Part shown: in pieces, positions 23,062 to 35,068 of the stretch | Layout of the letters: each line of letters opens with the position of its first letter | How positions within the stretch are numbered: position 1 is the stretch's first letter | Assembly: GCA_001179505.1 (NCBI GenBank) | Contig: CDMY01000200.1 | Span: 62,001-126,000 of the forward strand | Direction: 5' to 3' | Length of the DNA: 64,000 nt | DNA from: Vitrella brassicaformis CCMP3155 | Taxonomy: Eukaryota; Protista; Chromerida | The notes under the pieces: model-generated | Database searches by the model: none | Told to the model about the DNA's origin: nothing | The model's input: only the letters and a program-made list of their open reading frames with translations | Made by a program: the position numbers and the translations under genes

Positions 23062-25444
23062 CTATCCGCTGCTGTGGGCTGGTGTGGGCTGTTGGGTCGC
23101 TGCTGGTGCTGGTGCTGGTGTGGGCTGGTGCAATGCGGCCCCTAGTTGCTGCCATGTGAACTGGCAGTCGGCATCGCCCAGGTGGGTGTTGAAGCCCTTG
23201 ACCACCGCCCCATCCGCCAGCCCCCACTTGGCCGCCTCGTCCATCCTGGCCCGATGCACCACCTCACGCAGACCCACACGACCACGAGTGTGCACCGCCT
23301 CACGCGGACGGCTATCGATACCCTTTAGCTCGAAGCACTGCAGCTGCGGCACACGCACCACCTGGCCGCCCACATCGGCCGTCCCGCCCACCACCTCCCT
23401 GTTGCTGCTGGCCTGGTACACCACCGAGCGGACGAAGTGCTCCGCTGCCGCGCACAGACGGCGGGCCATGTCGCTGTGCCGCACACCGATGGCCTCACTG
23501 ATGGCCTCCTGGGCGGCATCCATGTCGAAGAGGTATGACGCGATGCGCCAGCCGAAGATGGGGGCCTCCTGCGGGCCGACGGCCAGCCGGGGGGTCAGAA
23601 GTGCCGCGAGGGAGCGGTGGGGGGCGAGGGCGGCGTTGACTGCCACCATGACGGGGGGACCCACCTTGTTGAGCACTGTGGCGTACTCGGTCAGCACCAC
23701 CTGGCGGCCACAGCGGTCCCTCTCTGTGGCTGTGGGGATGCTGCTGATGTCGGCCCCCGCCCGCAGCAGGCTGCGGATGGTCAGCTTGAAGTTGTCAATA
23801 TCGGCGCGATACTTCTCCTTGAAGTGCTCGGGTGTGTTGGGGTCCTGCAGGTGTCGGATGCGGCGATCGAGCCATCCGGCAGCCCAGGCGAGGGGCGTCT
23901 GGCCTTGGTTGTCCTGTCTGTTGATCTGGTCAGCGGGCAGCTTGCGGCAGAGGTAGTCGGCCACATGGGGAGAACCGATGAAGGCCGCCTTGTGCAATGG
24001 CGTCTGCCCACCGGCATCGCCTGCCGTAATGTCGGCGCCGTTCGCTGTGATGAGGTCCAGGTAGGCGTTGATGAAGGACGGGGGATGGCGCCCCTTTGAG
24101 TTGATGGCTGCCCAGTGCACCAAATTGAAGGCGCCGTTGTCGTGTTCGGTGGCGAGGGTGGGGTCTCGTCGGGCGAGTCGCTCATACATCGACATGAGCC
24201 GCTGCAGATACTCGGGGGGAGGCAGACGCAGTGGGCGGGGCAGCTTCATCACCATGTGAGCGTCTGCTGCGTACAGGTCGATGCCTTGACGAGCCCTCAG
24301 GATGTCGAAGGCCTTCTGATTGCCGGATGCAATCGCCACTTGGAGGGGCGTCTGTTCGGTCTCGTCGGCTGCCACATTGGGGTCGGCTCCTCCGTTGAGG
24401 AGTGCGCTCAGGACGGCCGACTGCAGCTCGTCAGACGACCAGTGTGGCAGGGCGACGGGACGGGGGACAGCAAAATCGTTTTCGGCTTGGATGGTCCGGA
24501 CGGTGCAGTCCGACTTGTTGTCAATGGCGAGACACAGGGGTGGGTAGCTGTAGACCGCACCACTGCTATCCCTGACCACACCGGTCATGACATCTGGGTC
24601 GGCGCCCTGCTGCCGATGAGGTCGGTCATTTGCCGTGCGTCGGTGAAGCGCCGGCCGATGATCCACCGTGACAGCTCCTTGGTGGCGTCGTTGGTGCCCT
24701 TGAGGAACCAAGCCTCTAGCTCATCGAGTCCGATGTGGCCGTCCGGCACGGGAACAGTGGGATCCGCCAGGCCACTGAGAGGATGACCTGCAACACACAC
24801 ACAGCCACCACACAACGGACAGTGATTCTGCGCGCAGGATCTTTTCTCGCGTCTGTCTGGCGTACCTTCCTCCTCATATTCAATGTAGTCGTCGTCGAAG
24901 TATCCGTCATCGATATCGTCATCTTGGTCGCCATCACCATCCTCGTCCTGCATGCCATCCTGACACACAACAAAGAGGCAGAGGGGCGGAAAATGACTCA
25001 AGGGCCTCCATCGCATGGACCAGTGTTGGTGTCGATGAGTGCCTCACCGATTCGTCTCCATCGGCTGCCTGCGGACCATCATCACCGTCGGCCATCTCAT
25101 TGGCCATCGCGCCCTCCTGCTGCTGCTGGCCGCCTGGACACCAACACACACACCCTCACCGACCTGGCGTGAGTGTGCTGCTGATGTGAGTGCGCGTCGA
25201 ATGGTCTGTGTGGCAGGTCTGATCACTCACCGCTGTCTGAGCCATTGCAATCTGATTCCTCCGCCTGTCCCCTGCCGCTATGCTCCTCCTCAGCCACATC
25301 CTCTGAAGACACACACACACACGTGTGGCGCTGATGCTGTGTGTTTGATGTGTCACATTCATCTGTGTGTGGCGTAAACGCATCGTCACCGTCACCGTCA
25401 GCCATGGCAGCGGAGGCCATGTGGCTGTCGTGACCGTCGGACAT
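23062..25444 (-). pseudogene. Ankyrin-repeat family paralog A3 with a frameshift near 24610
   Basis: The two halves are in different frames (ORF 24585-25016 ends DLIGSRAPTQMS*; ORF 23062-24711 resumes QGADPD). The sequence has +2 bp relative to A1 (ATCGGCAGCAGGGC vs ATCGGGCAGGGC). Confidence 0.75.
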
Positions 25445-26214
25445 CTCACTCAAACAGACACCAACAGCTGCACCGACCACACACACAGAGAGGCGACAAG
25501 AGATGGGCAGACACCTGCTGCATGTGTCGTGTCTGTGCTCGCCCCACCTAGCTATGAGTCAAATGGTACAAAGGCACTCAATCAGTCCGCCCCATCACCA
25601 AGGCCGACCTGCACAACACGACACCGACACACAAAGGCAGCAAGCCACGTCATGACTCGTGGTGAACGAATCGCATCGCACTCACTGCCGGATGAGAGCT
25701 GCTAAGCCGCGCGATGATCAAATTCGCTCGTCAGCCAGAGCAGGCCAGTTCACTGCCGCCAGCCGAGAAATGTCTTAAGAATGATGGCTGAAGTGGATGG
25801 AGGGACTCAACCACTTCTCTGTTTGTCACAGCGGCTCACGGCGAGGGCCTCTAAGCAGCGAAGCTCCGCTCCCTCGTCCGCCTGTTAGGTTAGAGCTGAA
25901 GGAGCCAAACCCATCTCACATGGGGGCCAGAGAAGTCCTTAGATGGCTCCGCCGAAAGATCTAGGCCAAGCACAAGGTGGCGACTTTAAGTCAAGGAGGC
26001 CACAGTTTGCGGTGGTGCGGCGAATCGATGAGTATCTGACACCGATAGAGTCACAGTGCGCCTGTCTGTCCCCTGACTGCACGCACAGCAGCACTACGCT
26101 GCGCATGGCAGCAGCTCACCATCCCGCACCATGCTCTTAGCACACTCACCAGACACCAGACCAGATACCAACCAATGCATCTCACCACACACCACGCCCC
26201 GTTCCGCTGTCTGT

Positions 26215-28370
26215 CTAGCTTCTCATGGCGGGCGGCAGGAGGGTCGCCGACCCCTCGCTGCGGTAGTAGCCATCAGGGGCCTGTGAGATAGTGCAGACCG
26301 ACCACATGCATACAGCGCACCCATGCCTGACAGTCCATCTCTCTGTCTGTCTGTCTGTCTGTCTGTCTTTCCTTCTTGCCCACCAGGGACATCATGCTAC
26401 AGAGGTCCACATGAGTCACAACCTGCTTGCCGAAACAGAGGTCCTGACACACACAACACACAAATGTGTGATGCATAGCAGCTCCCCTGCCTGTCTGCCT
26501 GCCTGCCTGTCACCATATCAGGGATGATCTCTGTGTAGTTGGAAATGTCGATGCTCAGCCTACAGACACAGACGTTCGCACGACCACTCGGACTGTGGTG
26601 TGTGCGTGTCACTCACTGTCGGCTCTTCCTGCTGCCTTTCTTCTCGCCCCTCTGCCTCTTCTTCGCTGCCTGGGAGGTCTTGAAGATCGTCATGTGCGGC
26701 GTGAACTCCACCTCATCTCTGTCAGATGGACGCCGGCGACTCGCCTTCTCACGATCCCCTTTCTTGCCCCACTTGGTCCTCTCCCGCCGTCTCCCCGAGC
26801 GAGCCCACACGTCCCCTGCGTCGTCATCTGCATGATGGAGCGGCTCCTGCTCCTGCGCATCGCAATTAGCAGCGCGAGCATCGGCATCCTCTTGGATCAA
26901 GGAAGACGACGAAGCGGCCGGTGCCGGTGCTTCAGGTGTTGCATGCTCCTCAGCTGGCCGCTTGACGCGCCACTCCTTGTGGGATTGTGGGTGGCTCGAC
27001 TGGCTCGGCTGGCCCTTCTGTTTCTTGCGCTTCTTGCCCTTCTGAGGTTGCGCCTCGTGCTTGCTCCTGAATGCCTGAGGCATGCCGGCCGCCTCCATGG
27101 CCGCAGCCTCAACATCCTCTCCGGCATTATCCTCCTGTTGTTCGACGGTCTCGTCCTTGTGTTGCATGGTGGTGTCGTCCTCTTGCCCAGCGTCGGCACT
27201 GGAAGCAGCAGCAGCAAGAGCAGCAGCCAGTGGGATGATGGGGCCTTCCTCCCCTTCGGAGTCGCTCGACGGCGGCAGCTCGGGCTCATCCGGCAGCACC
27301 TCCACCGCCGCCATGTCTGACGGATGGTCCTGCTCGTCCTCCTCCTCCTCCTCCTCCTCCTCGTCGTGGTTGGACTGGGTCTGTCGCTGCTGCTCCTGTT
27401 GCTGTTGCCGTCGCCGCCCCTTGCCCTTCTTGGTGGTGGGCAGGAGGCCCTCACTCTCGAATGCCTTCGTCAGCTCCTGGTTGAGCAGCGTAAGCACGGA
27501 CAGCGACTCGTCAGACACACCGCCTGAAGGACAAGGCACAAGGGAAGGAGGTATGGGGAGCGTCGGCGTCGTCGTTGCGGACTGACCGAAAAGCACTCGT
27601 GTGCCGAATGTGGCCACCTTCATGACATCGACTTCCAGTGGCTCTGTGAGGGAGAGCTGCTCGAGTGCACACTCAACACCTGAGAGCGGGAAGAGGGCAA
27701 AGCCAGGAATCGATCCAGTTAGTTGCCCATCCAGGTCAAGATAATATGGTGCTCTGTTAGATCCATCCCTCTCTCACTGACTCACCTTTCTCCATGGCCC
27801 GGAGGGCGTTTGGGATGTCGCGCTTCTCCAGCGGCAGCACCACCAACGCTGCAAGCACAACGTACGTAGCAATGACAGGAAAGATGCACGATGCACCGCC
27901 CGCCCAGTCATCTCCATGCACTTACAGTAGTGCAGCTTGATGGGCTTGATGGCGCATTGCTCGAGGTCAGGCGAGACGGCGATGATTTTCTGCTGCAGAT
28001 CTTCAACCTTGTCCACTATCTCTTTCGCGTCCACGCGAACCGCTGCATACACCACAACCACACACAGGCAATTAACGACGGGCGTGAGAAGGAAGGCAGC
28101 CGAAGCCGCGCATTCATTCATTCACTGCCTACAGACGAAGTGAGTCGGCTTGCGCTTGACCGCCTTCCGCTTCTTGACAGCCGAGGCATCTGCCTCGCTC
28201 AACGCTCTTTGCTTCATGGCGATGTCGAGGTACTCCGGATAGAGGCCGCACGTCAGCGAACTGCTCAGCGTCGGCCAGTCGCGCAGCAGAAACAGGAAAT
28301 GAGTGCGCGGCGCTGCCAAGCTGTGCTTTGGAGATCTCCAAGCAGCCAATCTGCTCACCAACTGACCCAT
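26215..28370 (-). CDS. AKAP7/ASCC1-type 2H phosphoesterase with a large low-complexity insertion
   Basis: Spliced KPTHFV|RVDAKEIVDKVEDLQQKI...KLHY|SLVVLPL gives the HxS motif. FTPHMTIFK gives the HxT motif. The C-terminus FGKQVVTHVDLCSMMSL|APDGYYRSEG matches the remembered AKAP7 pattern. Confidence 0.8.
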
Positions 28371-28531
28371 CTCTTCTTTTTCTTTCTTGGACCGTCCCGG
28401 CCTTCCAGCTCGCAAATTTAAGCTCGCAGACGGCTGGTGGCGCGGAAAGGAGAATGAGGCTGTGGCACACACACTGAGAGCATCCCGCTAGGCAGGGTCC
28501 TCAACATCTCCTTTGTTCCCCCTCGGCCACG

Positions 28532-31500
28532 ATGGCATCTCATCACCCGCCTCCGCTGGCCAGCCTTGGCTCAGAGGGCCTCCTCATGGTGGCATTGGTG
28601 TGTGTCGTGCTGTGGATGAGCGCCGTGGCTGAAGATTCGGCCTCAGTGATGGAGAAGAGCGCCTCGTTACATCGCACGGTTGACAGCCCAAGCAGCAGGG
28701 AGACGTACGGTGATGCAGAGTATGTCAGGTGAGTCAAACGGACGACCTGAATGAGAGATCTGGGCAGGCAGGCGTGGAAGTGTGTGTGTTCGTGTTGGTT
28801 GTCTGTCTGTCTGTTTGTTTGTCTGTGTCAGTGCCGACGTGTCTGAGGGTGAGGTGGAGTGGCAGAAGGCCAAGGCGCTTCACGAGGCCGACAGGTTCAG
28901 CGCCGCAGCTGCAGTCCTCAAGAAATGCGCACCAAGCAACGCCAAGTAAGGGAGGCACCGCAGCCAGCAGCCAACCGACCGGCCACAATACACTCATGAG
29001 CAGAGCAGTCCCATTTCATCTCTCTCTTTTCGTCTGTCTGTGTATCAATCAGCTGCCAGAATCTGCTGGGTCGATACGCTCTCACAGGGCAGGGCGGCTA
29101 TCCGCAGAATCTCACTATGGCCCTGGCGCACTGGACGGACGCCGCAGACAACGGCCACGCGGACGCGCAGTTCTCACTCGCCCTCTTTTACAGCAACTTC
29201 TTCACACACCAGTACACCTCGAGCACCGACAGCGAATCGTATGAGCGGGACGAGGCGCAGGCGGTGCTGCACCTCTATGCCGCATCGTTTGCCACCCATC
29301 CTGGTGCGCACGCCACGCCAATCGGATGTCCGATTGGGAAGGGAAGCCCGTCCGTCTGTTTGTTCATCTCATCTGGTTCTCACCCCACTCTGTCTGTCTG
29401 TCTGTCTGTCTGTCTGTGTGGGCGGGGCGGGGCGGCAGGTGCGTTGATGGCTTTGGGGTACCGGCATTTGCACGGGTACGGTGTGCCTCGTGTATGTCTG
29501 ACGTCTGCGCTCAACTACATCGAGGTGGCCAAGCGGATCACCCAGGTCTACAGCATGGGGCTGCCGCAGGCACTCGAGCTCGTCAGGCTGGGCGTACACA
29601 ACCCCAAGTCGCCACACAGCAGGGCCAAACAGGGCGAACTCGCCATACTCATACAACTCGCGGAAAAGGTATCTATGCTGGGCGGTGCACAGCACACACG
29701 AGGGTGGGTGCGGTGCGCACGCGTCTGTCAGTGTCCTTTCGGCGGCTGGTGTGTTTATTTCTCTCTCTCTCTCTCTCTCTGTCTGTCAGGGCGATTTGTC
29801 GATGCAGGCAGCAGTTGGCAAGAGGTATCTGTTGGGCATCGATGGCTTCAAGCAGGATTACGCCGAGGCCCGCAAGTTCCTCAGGATGGCCGCAGCAAAC
29901 GCAAATTACCCACCAGAGCCAAAAACCAGAAGCAACGCACTTGCACTCCTCGGCTACGTCTACGCCATGGGACTCGGCGTCGAGACGGTCGCATGCACAG
30001 CGCGGCCTGGCTCACTGGGCTGCCTGCGTGTGTTGACTGACGTGTGTGCTATGTGTGTGTGGGGTGCCAGGATTTGAGCAAAGCCGAGGTGCTCTTCGAG
30101 CAGGCCGTTGCTGAGTACAATGAGCCAATCGGTGGGAGAGAAAAAAGCGGCACAGGCTCGAATTGATTCGTTCAAGGGGGCTGTCGTGGTGTGCGTGTGT
30201 GTGTGTATGGTCTGATGCGATCGATGGATGGCAGCCCACAACGGGTTGGGCTATATCTCTTTCCACGGCACCCCCCAGAGGAAGCGGGACCTGGGGCTGG
30301 CATTCCAGCACTTCAACGAGGTGAAAAAACACTCTGCTGCATGCACACCCACCACACAATCTCTCTCTCTGTCTCTCTCTCCTGTGCGTGTGCCCCAGAG
30401 TGCGCATGGCCACAGTGCCGACGGTCAGTTCAACCTGGCGGCGCTCTACATGACCGGCACAGGAGTCACCCAGTCCTTCCAACGCGCACTCATGTGGTCA
30501 GCCAGCAATCAAATGAACTTAACAACCACATCGACGGATGCAGTCAGTAATCTGTGGGGGGTGTGGTGTGGGGTGCATCAGGTATGCCCGCGCCCTCGAG
30601 AAGGGCCACACGCCTGCAGCCTACTCCCTGGCCGTCATGTACCTCAACGGACTCGGCACTGTCAGGTGTGTATGTGTATGGCACAGAGAGAGAGAGAGAG
30701 AGAGAGAAGCCATCCGTGCAGTGCAGTGCAGCAACTATTGCGTCTGTCTGTCTGGGTGCTGTGCTGGACGCCTTGCGTGTCTGTCTGTTTGTCTGCAGGG
30801 ACTGCAGCATGGCGGTGACGCTGCTGAAGAAGGTCTGCGAGAGGGGCGAGTGGGTCACCAAGGCACTGCAAGACGTACGAAGGACGCACGAGGCCCTCAC
30901 ACCACACCCAGAGAGACGCATGGCCTGGATCAGACACCAGCCAATACTTTGTTGATTTGATGTGTGTGCCTGCAGGCTTATCGATTCGAAAAGGACGAGC
31001 CCAACCTGGCCGCATTCCAGTACTGGAAGCTGGCAGAGGCCGGCCACGAGGTGAGTGAGTGAGACACCCTCACCCGCACCCACACAGAATGGGATGGGCA
31101 GCAGGGGCAATGCAATCCCATGTCGGTCGATATGATCATATCATGATCAGGTGGCGCAGAGCAATCTCGCCCACTTGATCGACTCCGGTGCGGCCAACCT
31201 CTTCTTTGCAAGTGAGCAGAGAAATGCGTGCGACGGATGAAAACGCGGGCAGGACAACCATATTGCATTCGGTGTGTGTGTGTGTGGTGCACCATCAGGT
31301 GACAAGTCTGAGCGGAAGATCCACGCCCAGCGGTTCTACGAAATGTCGGCCGAGCAGGGATCAGCCGCATCGGACCTCAAACTGGGTGTGTACCTAAAAA
31401 GTGTTCTCGCCTGCCTCCTAGACCTTCCCTCCCTCCTTTATGTCACTTATGTCATGTGCCTGTCTCTTCGCTCGTTGATTTCTTCCCTCAGGCGACTATG

Positions 31501-32835
31501 CGTACGGCGGCTGGGGCCTGGAAGCGTCGTACATGCCACGCTCAGGTACACACACACACTACAGACGCACTCACATGCGCCACACACCTCTTGGCTTGGC
31601 ACACTGTACAGGGAGACTTGAGGCCGGCAGCGACTCGGAATCGGCAAATCGCACCACGTCTGTGTCCGTCGAGGACAGCTACTGGTGGGTGGAGCCGGCT
31701 GTGCGGTACGCCCCCCGGCGGCCCAACTACCAGACGGCCGTGGCCTTCTATCGCAAGGCGGCGGAGACCGTTCCCACCAACCAGTGGATGATGAGCCACA
31801 TCGCACGGGCCTCACACGACCTCGGCTTCATGTACCAGTATGGAATGGGCGTGCAGCAGGACCTACACCTTGCTAAAAGGCACTATGAACGGTGAGCGTG
31901 GACCACACACACACACTCAGGGAGAGAGACGTGATCGATCTGGTTGGTGTGTGTGTGTGTGTATGTGTGTGTATGTGTGTGTATGTGTGTGGTGTTTGTG
32001 TGGTGGATGGCTCTGTCTGTCAGAGTGCTTGAGATCGACCCCACTGGTCCGCGGACGCCCGTGCAGCTGTCTCTGCTGCTGCTGGCTGCTTACGGCATGT
32101 ATGTCGAGACGGACTGGAAACAGGTCGGTGCACTGCACACCAAACACCGATACCACACCACACACCACAGCCAGCCGTGGATGATCTGATCTGATCTGTG
32201 TCTGTCTGTCTTTCAGCTGGTGCGGACCTACCTGAGGGACTACCGGATGCTGGCCCTCCTGTGGCACCTGGCTCTCATCACCCTACTCATTCCCATCCGG
32301 TTCATCGTATGGGTACCTTTCTCACACACACACACACACCTCTTTGACGTGAATCCATCGCTCCTTTGTGTCACCCCCCTGTCTGTCTGTCTGTCAGCTT
32401 TTGCAACGGCGTCAGAGGCGGCTGCATCGTCTGGTCAACCCACGGGCACTCGTGGGCACCGACATGGACGTCACCACACTCAGACAGCTCCACCAACGGA
32501 ACCCCGCCATCATACCAATCCCCCCTGGCCCTGGCCCTGCCCCCGCCCCTGTCGCCTCCTCATCCTCTGCCCGCACACCAGCCCCGGCCATCCCACAGAC
32601 ACACACAGAGACACAGCAGCCGATGGCAGGCGACCGCACGAACGAAGCTGTGTCGCCTTCTGATGGTGCTGGTAGTGGTGGCGGCGAGGGTGCGTCGATG
32701 TCAACTGCGAGTGACGAGTCGAGTCAGCGGGAGAGGGAGAGGGAGAGCGGCGTGCAGGAGAAGGTCCAGCCTGACCCGCCGCCATGGGACAAGATCAACG
32801 GCGGCGGGGTGGCTGTGCAGAATGGCGGGGCGTGA
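28532..32835 (+). CDS. SEL1L: SEL1L/Hrd3-like Sel1-repeat ERAD membrane protein
   Basis: N-terminal hydrophobic signal and many Sel1 repeats (ALGYRHLHGYGV, AVGKRYLLGIDG, LLGYVYAMGLGV, FNLAALYMTGTGV, YSLAVMYLNGLGT, HDLGFMYQYGMGVQQDLHLAKRHY). C-terminal TM LALLWHLALITLLIPI. Confidence 0.85.
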
Positions 32836-33333
32836 TTGATGAGATATGACTGGGGGCGTGTCTGTGCAGTTAGAGGGAGGGAGGGAGGGTTGAATTGCGT
32901 CGAACGATTGAAGAGACAGACTTATTTGTCACCTGGGAGATGGTGGGTAATTCATTCATTCATTGGCCAGCCGGGTTTTGGCTGTCCGTCGTGTCGTGTT
33001 GGTGGCGATGTGGGTCTCAAGATTTGGGCGTATGGCACGTGGGCCACTAGCTGGTCGATTCGATGGACGTGACGTAGTCACTGCTACGAACATTGATGGG
33101 ATGGATGCGTCTCACTCACTACACAAAAATCCAAGTCTCTGGTCTCACACAGCATAATCACTGCACTAATCTTCCGGCGGCCACTCCCACGCGTAACTAC
33201 ACAGTACCAGGGCAACGCAAACCATTCCGGCTTTGCTGCCACGTACATGACTGACACGGCCAAAAATCGGTATACATACTAGTCTCCCTACTGCCTACAG
33301 ACGACCGGTCATTCAAACGGAAGGACCGATCAT

Positions 33334-34848
33334 TCACGCTGCTGCTGCTGCTGCTGCTAGCGCCCCGCTCAGCACGGGGCTGAGCGCTTCTGCAGCCTCG
33401 TCAGCAAACTGCTCGTAGCACAGCAAAGCACCTGCACACACACACGGCCACACACACACAGAGGCGCATCCGCATCCATCCACAGCACAAGTGTGTGCAG
33501 CGCACCCCCACACACAGACAGCCCACACACCTGGTATCTCTTTGTATGCGGCGAAGTAGTCCCTCAGCCGATAGAGCTCCTCCTTGCTCGCACTCGGGAA
33601 GTCGGCCCCTCCCAACACACAGGTCTTCTCCCTCAACGCGGCTGGCAGCCCTGCAATCCAACAACCCCACACAGCTTATGTCCAGCCACCATATCCACCC
33701 ACATCCACCCACATGCCCCCTCTCACCCTTCAGGAACTGTGTGACCTCGTCAACGCTCCCGAATGGATCCAGCCCTCCCGTGATGAAGGCAGGCGGCACA
33801 AAGGACGGCCGCTCCACCGTGGCGGCTCTCTGCTTCTCCTCAAGCACCCCACCACCAAGGGCATCCTCAGTCGTGAAGACGTGGCTGCTCAGCGCCTTGG
33901 TCAGCCTGCCCTTGGACGAGAGATAGCCGTGCACCGCCCCGCCCACAAGGGGCGTCCCGTAGGCCCCGCGGATGAGCGATGCGACCGTCTTGCCGGTGTC
34001 TTGCTTGCTGCGGAAGATGGTGGGGAATGGGCCACGCCAGGTGGGCGAGGCGAGCACAAGGCGGTCGAGGGACGACAGAGAGCCGGGGATGAGATCGCGA
34101 TAGGCCTGCATCGCATCAAGCAACCAATGCACACATGACAGACAGATAGAGAGGCTGTCGGCTGTTTATTGAAAAGGAAGGCGCTCGGTGACTCATATAT
34201 ATACCAGGAGGGCAAAGAACCCGGTATGGCCGCCGGCCACTATCCGCAAGCTGCCGGCCCCCCCGTCCTTCTGCAGATGGGAGACCAGGTCGGCAAAGAA
34301 GTGCGTGAAGGTCTCGGCGTTCATGTCCTCCTCCGTCAGAGGCATCTGGTGGTTGCTGCCGTAGCCAGGCAGGTCCACCAGAATGGGCAGCATGCGTGTG
34401 GCGGGGTCCCGCTTCGCCATGGCCTTGACAAGAGGGAGCCACTCCGTCTTGGTCGACACGAATGACGGCGCCGGGATGAACAGGGTGGGCAGCAGGTCTT
34501 TGGAGTCCTCGCTAACCGCCTCACTGCAGCATCACAGACCATCACAGCAAGGCACAGAAGCCCACTCTGAAACCAGCCCCTTCTCCTTGTGTTGTCGACT
34601 CACTTGGGAAAGAGCACATCATACGAGATCTCTCCCTCGCGTCCTTTCCAGCCCCACTTGAAGCTCTTGGCCTGCGCCTTCATCCCATATGCCGTAGCAG
34701 CCAGCATCGACAGATGCCGCAGCTGTTGCATTCCGCAAGCGGCAAAGCGGCATCGTTTGGCGAAGCGCAGAGGCATCGATGGTGACGGCACCAATGCCCA
34801 ACAAATGGACGGCAGCATGACCATAGCCAGCGATGAATAGACAGGCAT
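33334..34848 (-). CDS. Alpha/beta-fold hydrolase with a probable bipartite plastid leader
   Basis: MPVYSSLAMVMLPSICWALVPSPSMPLRFAKR leader; VDLPGYG motif; AGGHTG elbow-like segment; PAFITGGLDPF. Stop at 33334. Confidence 0.75.
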
Positions 34849-35068
34849 TCTCTGAAACCGCGAGATGATCGACCTGACGAGATGACCCTGTCCTCCGTCC
34901 TCTCGCAAGCTGTGCGTGTAGGGAGGCTCTTTTCCCCCCCGCGACCTCAACCTTGTAAGCTCGCAAGGACGAGGGAGGGGAATTTACGAACGACGAGGAT
35001 CTCCCCTAGGAGGGTAGGGTGTGATGTAGCTGGCTGGAGCTCCCCAGCAGACCTTTCCTTTCAGCGAG

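Larger units (their letters stand above)
3110..25700. repeat. Tandem segmental duplication of a four-gene cassette: two full units (about 3110-14366 and 14367-23061) plus a third ankyrin gene
   Basis: Same gene order in both units: ankyrin(-), SH3-like(+), F-box-TM(-), RING-Ub(+). Intergenic sequence is collinear (for example 8353-10895 vs 18754-21334, and 12608-14366 vs 21330-23060) and differs by substitutions and indels. Confidence 0.9.

Noticed and set aside
3110-25700. Cassette as an integrated virus or bacterial HGT island
   Set aside because: All genes have host-type spliceosomal introns and microsatellites. No capsid, polymerase, integrase or packaging genes are seen.
28700-33000. 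Many short ORFs rich in CV/TH/DR dipeptides across the window
   Set aside because: They are translations of intronic (GT)n, (CA)n, (CTGT)n and (GA)n microsatellites.
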